A stretch of DNA of 64,000 nt from an uncultured Candidatus Saccharibacteria bacterium (lineage in GTDB: Bacteria; Patescibacteriota; Minisyncoccia; Phycocordibacterales; DATDWN01): the NCBI GenBank assembly GCA_964551495.1, contig CAZKCA010000002.1:19648-83647 (forward strand), given 5' to 3'. The position numbers and the translations under genes were made by a program. Below are positions 29,969-37,964 of the stretch, in pieces (position 1 is the first letter of the stretch; the number at the start of each line of letters is the position of its first letter). The notes under the pieces are model-generated. The model saw nothing but the letters and a program-made list of their open reading frames with translations. It was not told the DNA's origin and ran no database searches.

Positions 29969-31233
29969 TGAATAAATATGTACTTACATTTATAATTTTA
30001 ATAATATTTTTTGGATTCAGGTATTCTTTTGCTGATACTGTTTCTGAATTACAAAATAAAATAGAAGATAGATCAAAACAAATACAAGAAATAGAAGAGG
30101 AAATAAAACAATACACCGAGGAGGTAAATAGAATAAATAAACAATCTAAAACACTATCTAACGCAATAAAAAGTTTAGATACTACTCAAAAGAAAATAAG
30201 TGCTGATTTAAACTTAACCACTCAAAAAATAAACCGAGCAGAATTAACCATAGAACAACTTAACAACGAAATATATAATACTGGAATCAAACTATCTAAA
30301 AATAGAGAAATTGTAGCTAATACAATAAGAACAATAAACCAAGCTGATGAACTAAGTTTAATTTCGCTTGTTTTTTCAGGAAAAAGCATAACTGAAGTTT
30401 GGGAAGATTTAGATTCAATTAAAAAACTTCAATATGAAGTAAGAAACCAATCTAACGAGTTAACCATGATAAAAAAAGAAATGGAAGACAAAAATTTAAG
30501 TTTGGTTAATCAAAAAAGAGAACTGACAAATTATCAAGGTGATCTTGTTGGCCAAAGACAAGTAATTGAGGAGAATAAAAAAGAAAAAAGTAACTTATTG
30601 AATCAGACAAAAAATCAGGAACAAGCATACCGAACACTAATTGAAGAAAAAGAAAGAGAAAAGGATCAATTTGAAAAAGAATTATTTGAATATGAGTCTC
30701 AATTAAAGATATTTATAGACCCAACAGGATACCCTAGTCCAAGAAATGGAATTTTATCTTGGCCGTTAGACAATGTCTACATAACTCAATCTTTTGGTAG
30801 AACAGTTGCTGCTCAAAGACTTTATGTTTCTGGATCACACAACGGAGTAGATTTTAGAGCTAGTATTGGAACAAAGGTTAAATCTGTTTTAGATGGAGTA
30901 GTAGTTGGCACAGGAAATACAGATGCTTATCGCGGATGCTACTCTTTCGGTAAATGGGTAATGGTAAAACATCCTAATGGTCTTTCTACTATATATGCAC
31001 ACCTCTCTGTTATATCAGTATCTCCTGGGGTAGAAGTTAGAACTGGAGATACAATAGGTTTTACTGGTAATACAGGATACTCTACTGGCCCACACCTACA
31101 CCTAGGACTTTATGCTACCCAAGGAGTAAGAATTGAAAAACATGCAACCAGTAGGGGATGTAAGGAGGCAACAATGCCACTGGCAGATATAAAAGCATAC
31201 TTAGATCCTCTACCTTATTTACCTGCACTATAA
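29968..31233 (+). CDS. M23 family peptidoglycan metalloendopeptidase with N-terminal coiled coil
   Basis: Signal/TM, a long coiled-coil region, then HNGVDF...GNTGYSTGPHLHLG (LytM/M23 motifs). Confidence 0.88.
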   Translation: MNKYVLTFIILIIFFGFRYSFADTVSELQNKIEDRSKQIQEIEEEIKQYTEEVNRINKQSKTLSNAIKSLDTTQKKISADLNLTTQKINRAELTIEQLNNEIYNTGIKLSKNREIVANTIRTINQADELSLISLVFSGKSITEVWEDLDSIKKLQYEVRNQSNELTMIKKEMEDKNLSLVNQKRELTNYQGDLVGQRQVIEENKKEKSNLLNQTKNQEQAYRTLIEEKEREKDQFEKELFEYESQLKIFIDPTGYPSPRNGILSWPLDNVYITQSFGRTVAAQRLYVSGSHNGVDFRASIGTKVKSVLDGVVVGTGNTDAYRGCYSFGKWVMVKHPNGLSTIYAHLSVISVSPGVEVRTGDTIGFTGNTGYSTGPHLHLGLYATQGVRIEKHATSRGCKEATMPLADIKAYLDPLPYLPAL

Positions 31234-31266
31234 AACCCTCCCTACTTTTTCAAGTGGGAGGGTTTT
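31232..31266. terminator. bidirectional hairpin terminator
   Basis: AAAACCCTCCC...GGGAGGGTTTT. Confidence 0.7.
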
Positions 31267-31363
31267 GTTCTTTATCATCTTTTAATGCTACGTAGTATAA
31301 AGCAAGAACCGTTATAAAAAGACAAAATAGAGCTGTTAACACTAAGGCCATATCAGGATTCAT
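31250..31363 (-). CDS. possible 37-aa single-TM peptide, translationally coupled (ATGA overlap) to the upstream 147-aa ORF
   Basis: My translation is MNPDMALVLTALFCLFITVLALYYVALKDDKEQNPPT. The ATG (31363..31361) overlaps the TGA (31362..31360) of the preceding gene. It is not in the ORF track because it is under 60 aa. Confidence 0.3.
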   Translation of the reverse strand: MNPDMALVLTALFCLFITVLALYYVALKDDKEQNPPT

Positions 31364-31803
31364 TTTCTCACCTTCAATAAAAAGTCGAGAGCGTCCATTA
31401 CGGCCTTGAATTTTTCAAGTGAACAAGACCTTACAAAATCACCCTGTTCTATATTTTCAAAAAAAGATAAAACTTTACTTATAGAATACAGATGATTATC
31501 ATAAAAACCTTCTTTGTTCCTAATGTTCATATTCTTATGAATACTTTTTAGTTTTTTATGATAGATTTTAATTAGTCTAACAAGACATTTATATTCTTCT
31601 CCTCCGTGGATAAAATAAGGTTTATTGCCTATAATAAAATCCACCTCTGCTTCATTTCTAATAAACAAGATTAGAAGCTTTATCTTTTTTAGATCTTCCT
31701 TAGATTCTGTTATCTTTTTCAGCGGATCATAATTAGAATCTCTAATCATTACTAACATTAAAAGACAGAGAACTAAAACAAAGAAAACCACAATGAAGAA
31801 CAT
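31360..31803 (-). CDS. hypothetical membrane-anchored protein
   Basis: 147 aa with an N-terminal TM. AGGAGG SD lies 7 nt before the ATG. No family was recognised. Confidence 0.5.
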   Translation of the reverse strand: MFFIVVFFVLVLCLLMLVMIRDSNYDPLKKITESKEDLKKIKLLILFIRNEAEVDFIIGNKPYFIHGGEEYKCLVRLIKIYHKKLKSIHKNMNIRNKEGFYDNHLYSISKVLSFFENIEQGDFVRSCSLEKFKAVMDALDFLLKVRK

Positions 31804-31924
31804 CTCAAACCCTCCTAAGCGAAAGATTATAATAAAAAAGCAATTAAGTCAATTTCATTATTTTATCTTTTTTAATAAAAATTGTTATAATATAAACATA
31901 TTTAATTAGTTAAAAAATAAAAAT

Positions 31925-32179
31925 ATGAAAAGAAATGTTGGTTCTTTAGATAGAGCAATTAGAATAGTTTTGGGACTACTTTTTATATGGTGGAGCACAA
32001 GCCTTTCAGGACTTCTCTCTGGGCTAACGCTTATTATAGGAACTATATTGTTTATTACAGGAGTAGTAGGAAGATGTTTGATGTATAAACTACTAAAAAT
32101 GAAAACTAATAAATGTGAACACTGCGGTAAAGGAGAATGTGACTGCAATAATATCCAAACTAATACAAACAACCAATAA
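31925..32179 (+). CDS. DUF2892 (YgaP-like) small membrane protein with Cys-rich tail
   Basis: MKRNVGSLDRAIRIVLGLLFIWW...GRCLMYKLL matches the DUF2892 pattern. The C-terminus is CEHCGKGECDC. Confidence 0.7.
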   Translation: MKRNVGSLDRAIRIVLGLLFIWWSTSLSGLLSGLTLIIGTILFITGVVGRCLMYKLLKMKTNKCEHCGKGECDCNNIQTNTNNQ

Positions 32180-32204
32180 TAAAATAAGTAAGATGCCCAA
32201 TAAA

Positions 32205-32241
32205 AAATAAACACAGCATATTTTTGCTGTGTTTATTTTTT
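32205..32241 (+). terminator. rho-independent terminator
   Basis: AAATAAACACAGCA-tatttt-TGCTGTGTTTATTT followed by a T-run. Confidence 0.75.
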
Positions 32242-32602
32242 GATACCTAAAATAAAGGGTAGGGGACTTCCCTATTGGGAATAGAAAATTAGTCACTAAA
32301 TCTTTTTATGAGATAAAAGATATTTGACGTATTAGGGGAATAGATAAATATACACGATAAACTAATAATCATAATAAAAATAAACAAATTACATTGAACA
32401 AATTGTTTAAAAGATCAATAAATTATTTTAATAGATTTAAAGAACTTTCTCTCTTATATAGAGTGACCAAAGATATATTGTGCGACGTATAATGTATTTA
32501 TTCCCCTCTGTAAATAAAGACCTTAAATGCAAACTTGAAAATAAAAAATAAATGGAAAAACTCCCTACCCTGTGGTAGTATGGTCCTCGGAGGAATGGAG
32601 AA

Positions 32603-32665
32603 ATGCAGAACAACTACTTTGATCCCCTGGAATTTGAAAAAGGCGGCCGACTTATATCAAATTAA
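32603..32665 (+). CDS. possible 20-aa upstream ORF MQNNYFDPLEFEKGGRLISN, coupled (TAATG) to the next ORF
   Basis: GGAGG (32589-32593) lies 9 nt upstream of ATG 32603. The stop TAA at 32663-32665 overlaps ATG 32665. Confidence 0.25.
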   Translation: MQNNYFDPLEFEKGGRLISN

Positions 32666-33027
32666 TGATTGTTATAATTATTATTTCAATAATACCCCTA
32701 ATGATCTTCGTACAATCTTCTATGAAGTCACTTAGGCAAGACCAGAACAAAGTAAGTTGGATAATGGAAACTAAATTAGAACAAATTGGGCCCTACCACT
32801 ACGTAGGATATGCCAAAGAAAACGGAAAAGAAGGTATCCGAGTTGTTACAATCAACTTAGTAGATTGTCCTAAAGAGTTTAAGTTTCGATTTCCTAAAAA
32901 AGGAGATTTTGTCCGTGTTGAACTTTACAAACAAGAAGAAATAGCAGAGACAAAATCTGGAGACCTTATACTCACCCTTCCTAAAGATTTTATAAAAATG
33001 GGAATACTAGATCCTCAATGTAAATGA
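32665..33027 (+). CDS. hypothetical protein with N-terminal hydrophobic anchor
   Basis: 120 aa (MIVIIIISIIPLMIFVQSS...). No family was recognised. A terminator follows. Confidence 0.5.
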   Translation: MIVIIIISIIPLMIFVQSSMKSLRQDQNKVSWIMETKLEQIGPYHYVGYAKENGKEGIRVVTINLVDCPKEFKFRFPKKGDFVRVELYKQEEIAETKSGDLILTLPKDFIKMGILDPQCK

Positions 33028-33037
33028 CACCAAACTC

Positions 33038-33059
33038 AAAGCCCCTAATCGGGGCTTTT
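33038..33059 (+). terminator. rho-independent terminator
   Basis: AAAGCCCC-taatc-GGGGCTTT. Confidence 0.75.
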
Positions 33060-33101
33060 CTTTATTCAAAAAATGTGATAATTTTTTGTTTGGAGGCGCC
33101 G

Positions 33102-33200
33102 GTGACATTAAAAGAATTGGCGATCGGTTGTCTGACTGGTCTTGCTGTTTTTTCAATAATGACAGCGGCTAGCATAATGTTTTTTCTGAAATGGAGGTGA
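33102..33200 (+). CDS. candidate 32-aa hydrophobic peptide (GTG start) MTLKELAIGCLTGLAVFSIMTAASIMFFLKWR
   Basis: GGAGG (33092-33096) lies 5 nt before GTG 33102. An extended -10 TGtGATAAT is at 33074-33082. The stop TGA overlaps the SD region of the next peptide. Confidence 0.4.
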   Translation: MTLKELAIGCLTGLAVFSIMTAASIMFFLKWR

Positions 33201-33205
33201 CAGGC

Positions 33206-33274
33206 ATGTTTTCCAACGAACAAACCGTTTATGCACTCATTGTCCTTGCCTGGGCAATAACATTTCTTTTCTAA
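33206..33274 (+). CDS. candidate 22-aa hydrophobic peptide MFSNEQTVYALIVLAWAITFLF
   Basis: GGAGG (33193-33197) lies 8 nt before ATG 33206. A terminator follows 9 nt after the stop. Confidence 0.4.
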   Translation: MFSNEQTVYALIVLAWAITFLF

Positions 33275-33282
33275 CCCACAAC

Positions 33283-33304
33283 AAAAGCCCCTTTCGGGGC
33301 TTTT
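33283..33304. terminator. bidirectional terminator
   Basis: AAAAGCCCC-tttc-GGGGCTTTT. Confidence 0.75.
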
Positions 33305-33314
33305 ATCGTGAATA

Positions 33315-33755
33315 TTATTTATTCATAGCAAGAGCGGACTCATATTTACCCCAACAAGCTTTGGATGAAATCCAAGGCTGAGTTCCCTGCTTTTCATACA
33401 ATTTTCTTGCATAAGCAGTGTTACCTTCTATGGAATAAATATTATAATTCTCTTTTTCTGCTGTCTCTAAGTGGTAATACTCGTTTATTTGCATTACACC
33501 CACGTCAGCATTATTTACTTTTCCTCTATGAACTTCTCCTTTGGAGTCTAGATGTCTAAATGTTGATTCACATTTAGCAATCTCAATCATAATCGGAATA
33601 TCTGAGAAGTACTGTCTAATATACTGTTCAGTACTCATTAATTTTTCAACGTCCTTCTTTGAAACTTCTCTCACTAACTGAGGCTTTTGTTCTGGTATTT
33701 CGGTTACAGTAACTGGACTGTTAATACCTGATATACTTCCCAAAGCCATAAACAA
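33315..33755 (-). CDS. lysozyme-like / lytic transglycosylase (SLT-type) domain protein
   Basis: IAKCESTFRHLD...NNADVGVMQINEYYH shows the catalytic E-S plus the GxMQI(N) pattern. A signal-peptide-like stretch (LILQFTVVSLFMALGSISG) extends upstream of the first canonical start, so the true start is uncertain. Confidence 0.7.
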   Translation of the reverse strand: MFMALGSISGINSPVTVTEIPEQKPQLVREVSKKDVEKLMSTEQYIRQYFSDIPIMIEIAKCESTFRHLDSKGEVHRGKVNNADVGVMQINEYYHLETAEKENYNIYSIEGNTAYARKLYEKQGTQPWISSKACWGKYESALAMNK

Positions 33756-33966
33756 ACTAACTACTGTAAATTGTAAAATAAGACTTCTGTTAAGTTATAA
33801 TTCTGAAATTTACTCGGAGAAATGAAAACTCAGTAAATTACTGAGTATGTATATATTATAGCACCTTATGATTTATTTGTCAAAGCAAAACACACAAATT
33901 GGACCTTGAAAAGGGTTATAAAACCTATATTTTAAGCCATTTATTATCTTTTTTTATATAAACAAT

Positions 33967-33990
33967 AAAACTTGCTTTTTAGCAAGTTTT
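33967..33990 (-). terminator. terminator downstream of the giant surface protein gene
   Basis: AAAACTTGCT-tttt-AGCAAGTTTT. Confidence 0.7.
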
Positions 33991-34017
33991 ATAAGTTATG
34001 CACTAATTCCCTACCCT

Positions 34018-37000
34018 TTAGAACTCCCTGTATATCAAAGGCTTGAGAGAAAATACAGCTGTGACAGTTTTAGGTGAATTTATTGTCAAAACACAGTTTC
34101 CAGTACCAGAACAATCCCCTTGCCAACCAACAAATCTCCAAGCGGAAGAATCTGGATAAGGAGTTAAGGTAACAACAGTACCAGAAGCATAATTTCTAGA
34201 ACAATTTGATCCACAGTCTATCAATGTATCAACACTTTTAACAGTTCCACCATAAGTTTTGAAAACTTCCAAGTTATGAGTTGTATTAGGAGTAATAGTT
34301 ACAGAGTCACTATCCCCTCCTTCAGTATTTGAACAGGTTAAAGTATAAGTTGTATTGTTTATTATTCCATTTATATCCTCACTACCTCCCAATACAGATT
34401 TTGATCCACTCCAACCACCAGATGCTGTACAACTAGTTGGATTTCCCGTTGTAGACCAAGAAATAGTTGTGGATAGAGGAGCATTACCTGTTGTTGGATT
34501 ACCACTTATTGTTACAGTAGGAACTGTTCCTTGTTTTTGCCAAGTCAATCCATACCCAGCCCCACCTCCATTTTCATACATTTCATAAACAAGAGTTCTC
34601 TGGCCAGCAGATAATACAACAGGAGAACCTGAGGTGCTTCTTATTGCATGGTCAGACCAATCATTTACCAAATATCCACTATCTGGAACACCATCGTTGT
34701 TATCATCAAAATATGCACGAGAACCATCATCTGACGCCGTAGTAAATACATATGTTCCAGCTGTAAAATTGAATCTTCCTTTCCATCTTACAGAATAAGT
34801 ATCTGTCAAAGTTCCTGGACCAGCAGATCCCCAGTCAACATTCGGCAGAGGTGAAGCTGTATTTGGTACAGGAGAAGCTAGGACAGGTCCAGTTATTGGA
34901 TTTATAGCAGCTAAAGTATTAAATGCAGTTCCTGTATAAGCACAACCATACATTTGATTTGTCCCTACTGTGGCAGGGTTACAAGAACCACCTGAGGCAG
35001 CTCCGACAGTAACTGAAGCATACCTTGTTACAGATGCTGGAGAAGCGTCAGCTCTATCACACCTTATACCAAAAGTATAATTTGAGCTTGGAGATACATC
35101 TGTATAACCACCACTTACACTCTTTGATCCGCTCCAACCAAACCCAGTTCCATTATACGCATAACAAGAAGTTGGGTTTCCCGTTGTAGACCATGTCAAT
35201 CTTGAACTATTTCCGGTTGTTATAGAAGAAGGTGTTGCTGTAAATGTTAATCCTATAGTAGGAGAAGATATAACAGGTACGGATACGGAAGTCGCACAAC
35301 CAGCATCTTTTCTTATTTCTATAGTATAAGTTCCTGTTCCAGAAAGAGGATAAACGTTTATTTGATTTGGTCCTCTATAAGTTGTAGGAACATTAAAACC
35401 ACTAGGACTATAAGTTATAGAGGCATTGTCTATTTCTGATTGTGTCCCGAAATTACCATAAATTATAAGGTAGCCGTTCATGTAAACTTCTGGAGTGTAC
35501 ACACCTGTACTAGCATTATAACCGTTATATCCGCTGACACTAAAGTTACAAGCATTAGGATTTACTTTGACAGCAACAGAATCCACAACATCAGCAGTCC
35601 CAGATTTACTACAAATTATATTGTAAGTATAAGTTCCAGCGGTTAAACTAGATCTTAATTCAGAACCACTAGGTACTGATTTGGATCCAGACCAATAACC
35701 AGAAGCTGTACAACTAGATGGACTCCCAGTTGTAGACCAACTAAGTGTTGTTGAGTTTGTAGGTAGGGTCATATTTGTTCTAGAAGCAGAAAGGTCCACA
35801 GTTATAGGAGAAGTTGCCCCAACTGTTACTGTGGCATTTGCAGAAACAGGAGAAAGACCTGCTTTGCTACATGTAATACTGTATGTATATGTCCCTGCGC
35901 TAGGAATAGAAACACCCTGACTTCCGCCGGATGTAGACCTAGACCCAGTCCATGCTCCACTAGCTGTACAACTATCTGGAGCACCTGTTGTTGTCCAAGT
36001 AAGTGTAGAAGAGTTTGAAGGCCATGTCATAGATGTTGGGCTAGCAGACAAAGTCACTCCTATAGAAGCTGGAGCAGATAGATTTACTGTAAGAGTAGCC
36101 AGCGTTCCTCCAGCTGTTGTATCTCCTCTTCTTTGCAAATAAAATACAGTTCCATTGGAAACATTGGACACAGCAACACTTCTACTACCTGAAAGATGCT
36201 GAGCCTCTAGTGTTCCAGAAGTACTTCCCCTTCTTACATCGTGATCACAATTTACATCAGAATATATAGTTGTAGCACCAGTTGCATTTGAAGTAACTAT
36301 TGGATTTGGGTTAGCATAAAAATTTGTAACAGAACAAGTTGGCTGAGTAACAACAACAGTGGCTTCTTTGTAATAATCCGCAACACCAGTCTTTGTACAA
36401 GTTATTCCATATGTATAAGTTCCAACAGTCAGACTAGATCTTACCTCTGAACCACCCGCTGTACTTTTTGCCCCACTCCAAGCTCCACTAGCTGTACAAC
36501 TTTCAGGATTTCCTGTTGTAGACCAAGTAAGTGTTGTAGAGTTTGTGGGTAGTGTCATAGATGTTGGAGTAGCTGAAAAATCTACAGTAATAGGTTCTGG
36601 TGGGACAGGACCAACTCTTGTAGCCATTGTCACTGGTCCAACGTCTCCATCGTTTGCCAAAGACATACCAATAGAAACAATAACTGTTCCAGCAGGGGCT
36701 CTTAGAACTCTTTTTAATGAGCTAATTGATGGATATCCATGTAACCTACAACTCCCTATATAAGGATCCTCCCAGCCTTTATATCCTGCGGTGTTATTAT
36801 TCCCAATATCAACAAGACTTGCATATTCTTGATAATAACAAGGTTTTTCTGGTGAATCATCTATATATGGACTAGCACTACCCATACCTCCAGAAGTAGG
36901 CCTTCCGGATCTTGTTCCCCATGTCCAACCAACAGCATATCTTCCTGTTTGATATGGAGCTCCTGGGTTTGCCGGGTCATTTCCTGGACCATTTGTACAA

Positions 37001-37239
37001 GTTATACTTGTAGATCCTATAGAATTAAAATTTATAGTTCCATCTGGATTCACTGGGGCGTATAAAATAGACAAAGTACAAGCCTTGTCGTCTGAACCAT
37101 ATCCTATAGCAGTTAGCCCACTACCCTCGGGAACAGTCATAAGTGCTCCAGAGTCATAATAATTTTCGGCATTGACTGATGATAGCCCCGCAAAAAATAA
37201 AATTGATGCTAATAAACAAATTTTTAATAATCTTTTCAT
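34018..37239 (-). CDS. 1073-aa secreted surface protein: unknown N-domain, five ~80-aa Ig-like repeats, PA14 domain, C-terminal InlB B-repeat-like domain
   Basis: Signal peptide MKRLLKICLLASILFFAGLSSVNA. The repeats carry a conserved TLTWSTTGNP-SCTASG-WSG-KS...GTYTY-I-C pattern at aa 217-298, 393-474, 478-559, 661-745 and 906-983. PA14 lies at aa ~760-903 (YSVRWKGRFNFTAGTYVFTTASDDGSRAYFDDNNDG...GYGLTWQ). The C-terminus reads GTVVTLTPYPDSSAWRFVGWQGDCSGTGNCVLTINSPKTVTAVF. Confidence 0.85.
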   Translation of the reverse strand: MKRLLKICLLASILFFAGLSSVNAENYYDSGALMTVPEGSGLTAIGYGSDDKACTLSILYAPVNPDGTINFNSIGSTSITCTNGPGNDPANPGAPYQTGRYAVGWTWGTRSGRPTSGGMGSASPYIDDSPEKPCYYQEYASLVDIGNNNTAGYKGWEDPYIGSCRLHGYPSISSLKRVLRAPAGTVIVSIGMSLANDGDVGPVTMATRVGPVPPEPITVDFSATPTSMTLPTNSTTLTWSTTGNPESCTASGAWSGAKSTAGGSEVRSSLTVGTYTYGITCTKTGVADYYKEATVVVTQPTCSVTNFYANPNPIVTSNATGATTIYSDVNCDHDVRRGSTSGTLEAQHLSGSRSVAVSNVSNGTVFYLQRRGDTTAGGTLATLTVNLSAPASIGVTLSASPTSMTWPSNSSTLTWTTTGAPDSCTASGAWTGSRSTSGGSQGVSIPSAGTYTYSITCSKAGLSPVSANATVTVGATSPITVDLSASRTNMTLPTNSTTLSWSTTGSPSSCTASGYWSGSKSVPSGSELRSSLTAGTYTYNIICSKSGTADVVDSVAVKVNPNACNFSVSGYNGYNASTGVYTPEVYMNGYLIIYGNFGTQSEIDNASITYSPSGFNVPTTYRGPNQINVYPLSGTGTYTIEIRKDAGCATSVSVPVISSPTIGLTFTATPSSITTGNSSRLTWSTTGNPTSCYAYNGTGFGWSGSKSVSGGYTDVSPSSNYTFGIRCDRADASPASVTRYASVTVGAASGGSCNPATVGTNQMYGCAYTGTAFNTLAAINPITGPVLASPVPNTASPLPNVDWGSAGPGTLTDTYSVRWKGRFNFTAGTYVFTTASDDGSRAYFDDNNDGVPDSGYLVNDWSDHAIRSTSGSPVVLSAGQRTLVYEMYENGGGAGYGLTWQKQGTVPTVTISGNPTTGNAPLSTTISWSTTGNPTSCTASGGWSGSKSVLGGSEDINGIINNTTYTLTCSNTEGGDSDSVTITPNTTHNLEVFKTYGGTVKSVDTLIDCGSNCSRNYASGTVVTLTPYPDSSAWRFVGWQGDCSGTGNCVLTINSPKTVTAVFSLKPLIYREF

Positions 37240-37240
37240 G

Positions 37241-37783
37241 TTATTTTATTGTTAAGGATATTGTTACATAAGAAAGACCTCCGTCTATAGAAGAAACAGT
37301 GATAGAAAAACGATCGTTTTCTTTTGAAGCAGATAGGAAATCATACTTTGATTCATTGACTTCTTCTAAGAGATAATCTTCTCTAGAAAAAAAATCTTTA
37401 AAAGAACCTACTATTTGATTTCTGGATAAAATAGAATAATAGACATAATTTACAAAAGTCACTTCTCTCTCTGTCCCAGCAAAATTTGTTACTGCCTTGC
37501 TCAGCTCTATATCTACTGGGTTTGTTTCTACAGGCAAACCAAGTAGATACCCAGTAGGAGCTTTGTCTTTTTCTTCAAATAATACAGTTTCTTGTTCTGC
37601 CTTTAGTCGAGCATTTTCTTCTGCCATTTCTGGGTCAGAAACATAAACCTGCTCTCCTCCTACTACTGGCTTATTGTTAAAGTAGTATTTAACAAAGAAA
37701 AACCCTCCTACCAACACAACTAAAAGAACTAATAAAATTATTAAATTACTTTTTTTAAAAGTATTATTTGTAGTTTCGTCCAT
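37241..37783 (-). CDS. hypothetical membrane-anchored protein, same operon as the giant surface protein (1-nt gap)
   Basis: 180 aa with an N-terminal TM. No family was recognised. Confidence 0.55.
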   Translation of the reverse strand: MDETTNNTFKKSNLIILLVLLVVLVGGFFFVKYYFNNKPVVGGEQVYVSDPEMAEENARLKAEQETVLFEEKDKAPTGYLLGLPVETNPVDIELSKAVTNFAGTEREVTFVNYVYYSILSRNQIVGSFKDFFSREDYLLEEVNESKYDFLSASKENDRFSITVSSIDGGLSYVTISLTIK

Positions 37784-37886
37784 AATAAAATTATATATTG
37801 TTTCTAGCTAGTTAGCCAATTATAGCTATGTAAAACTGTGTAAAACTGAAGACCACAAAAATACAAAAAGTAAACCTGTGGAAAAC

Positions 37887-37915
37887 TTGACTTTTTTTAA
37901 AAAATAGTCTATGGT
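37887..37915 (+). promoter_or_regulatory. putative promoter of the beta-barrel gene
   Basis: TTGACT (37887-37892), 17 nt, TATGGT (37910-37915). Confidence 0.5.
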
Positions 37916-37964
37916 GGAGTCAGACAGCCTTGCTGTTCTATCTTTTAGATTCGGAGGCTTCGAG

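Noticed and set aside
32242-32602. The long non-coding stretch might hide an ncRNA or riboswitch.
   Set aside because: Only short AT-only or 5-bp hairpins were found, with no recognisable conserved riboswitch core. The evidence is insufficient to call a feature.
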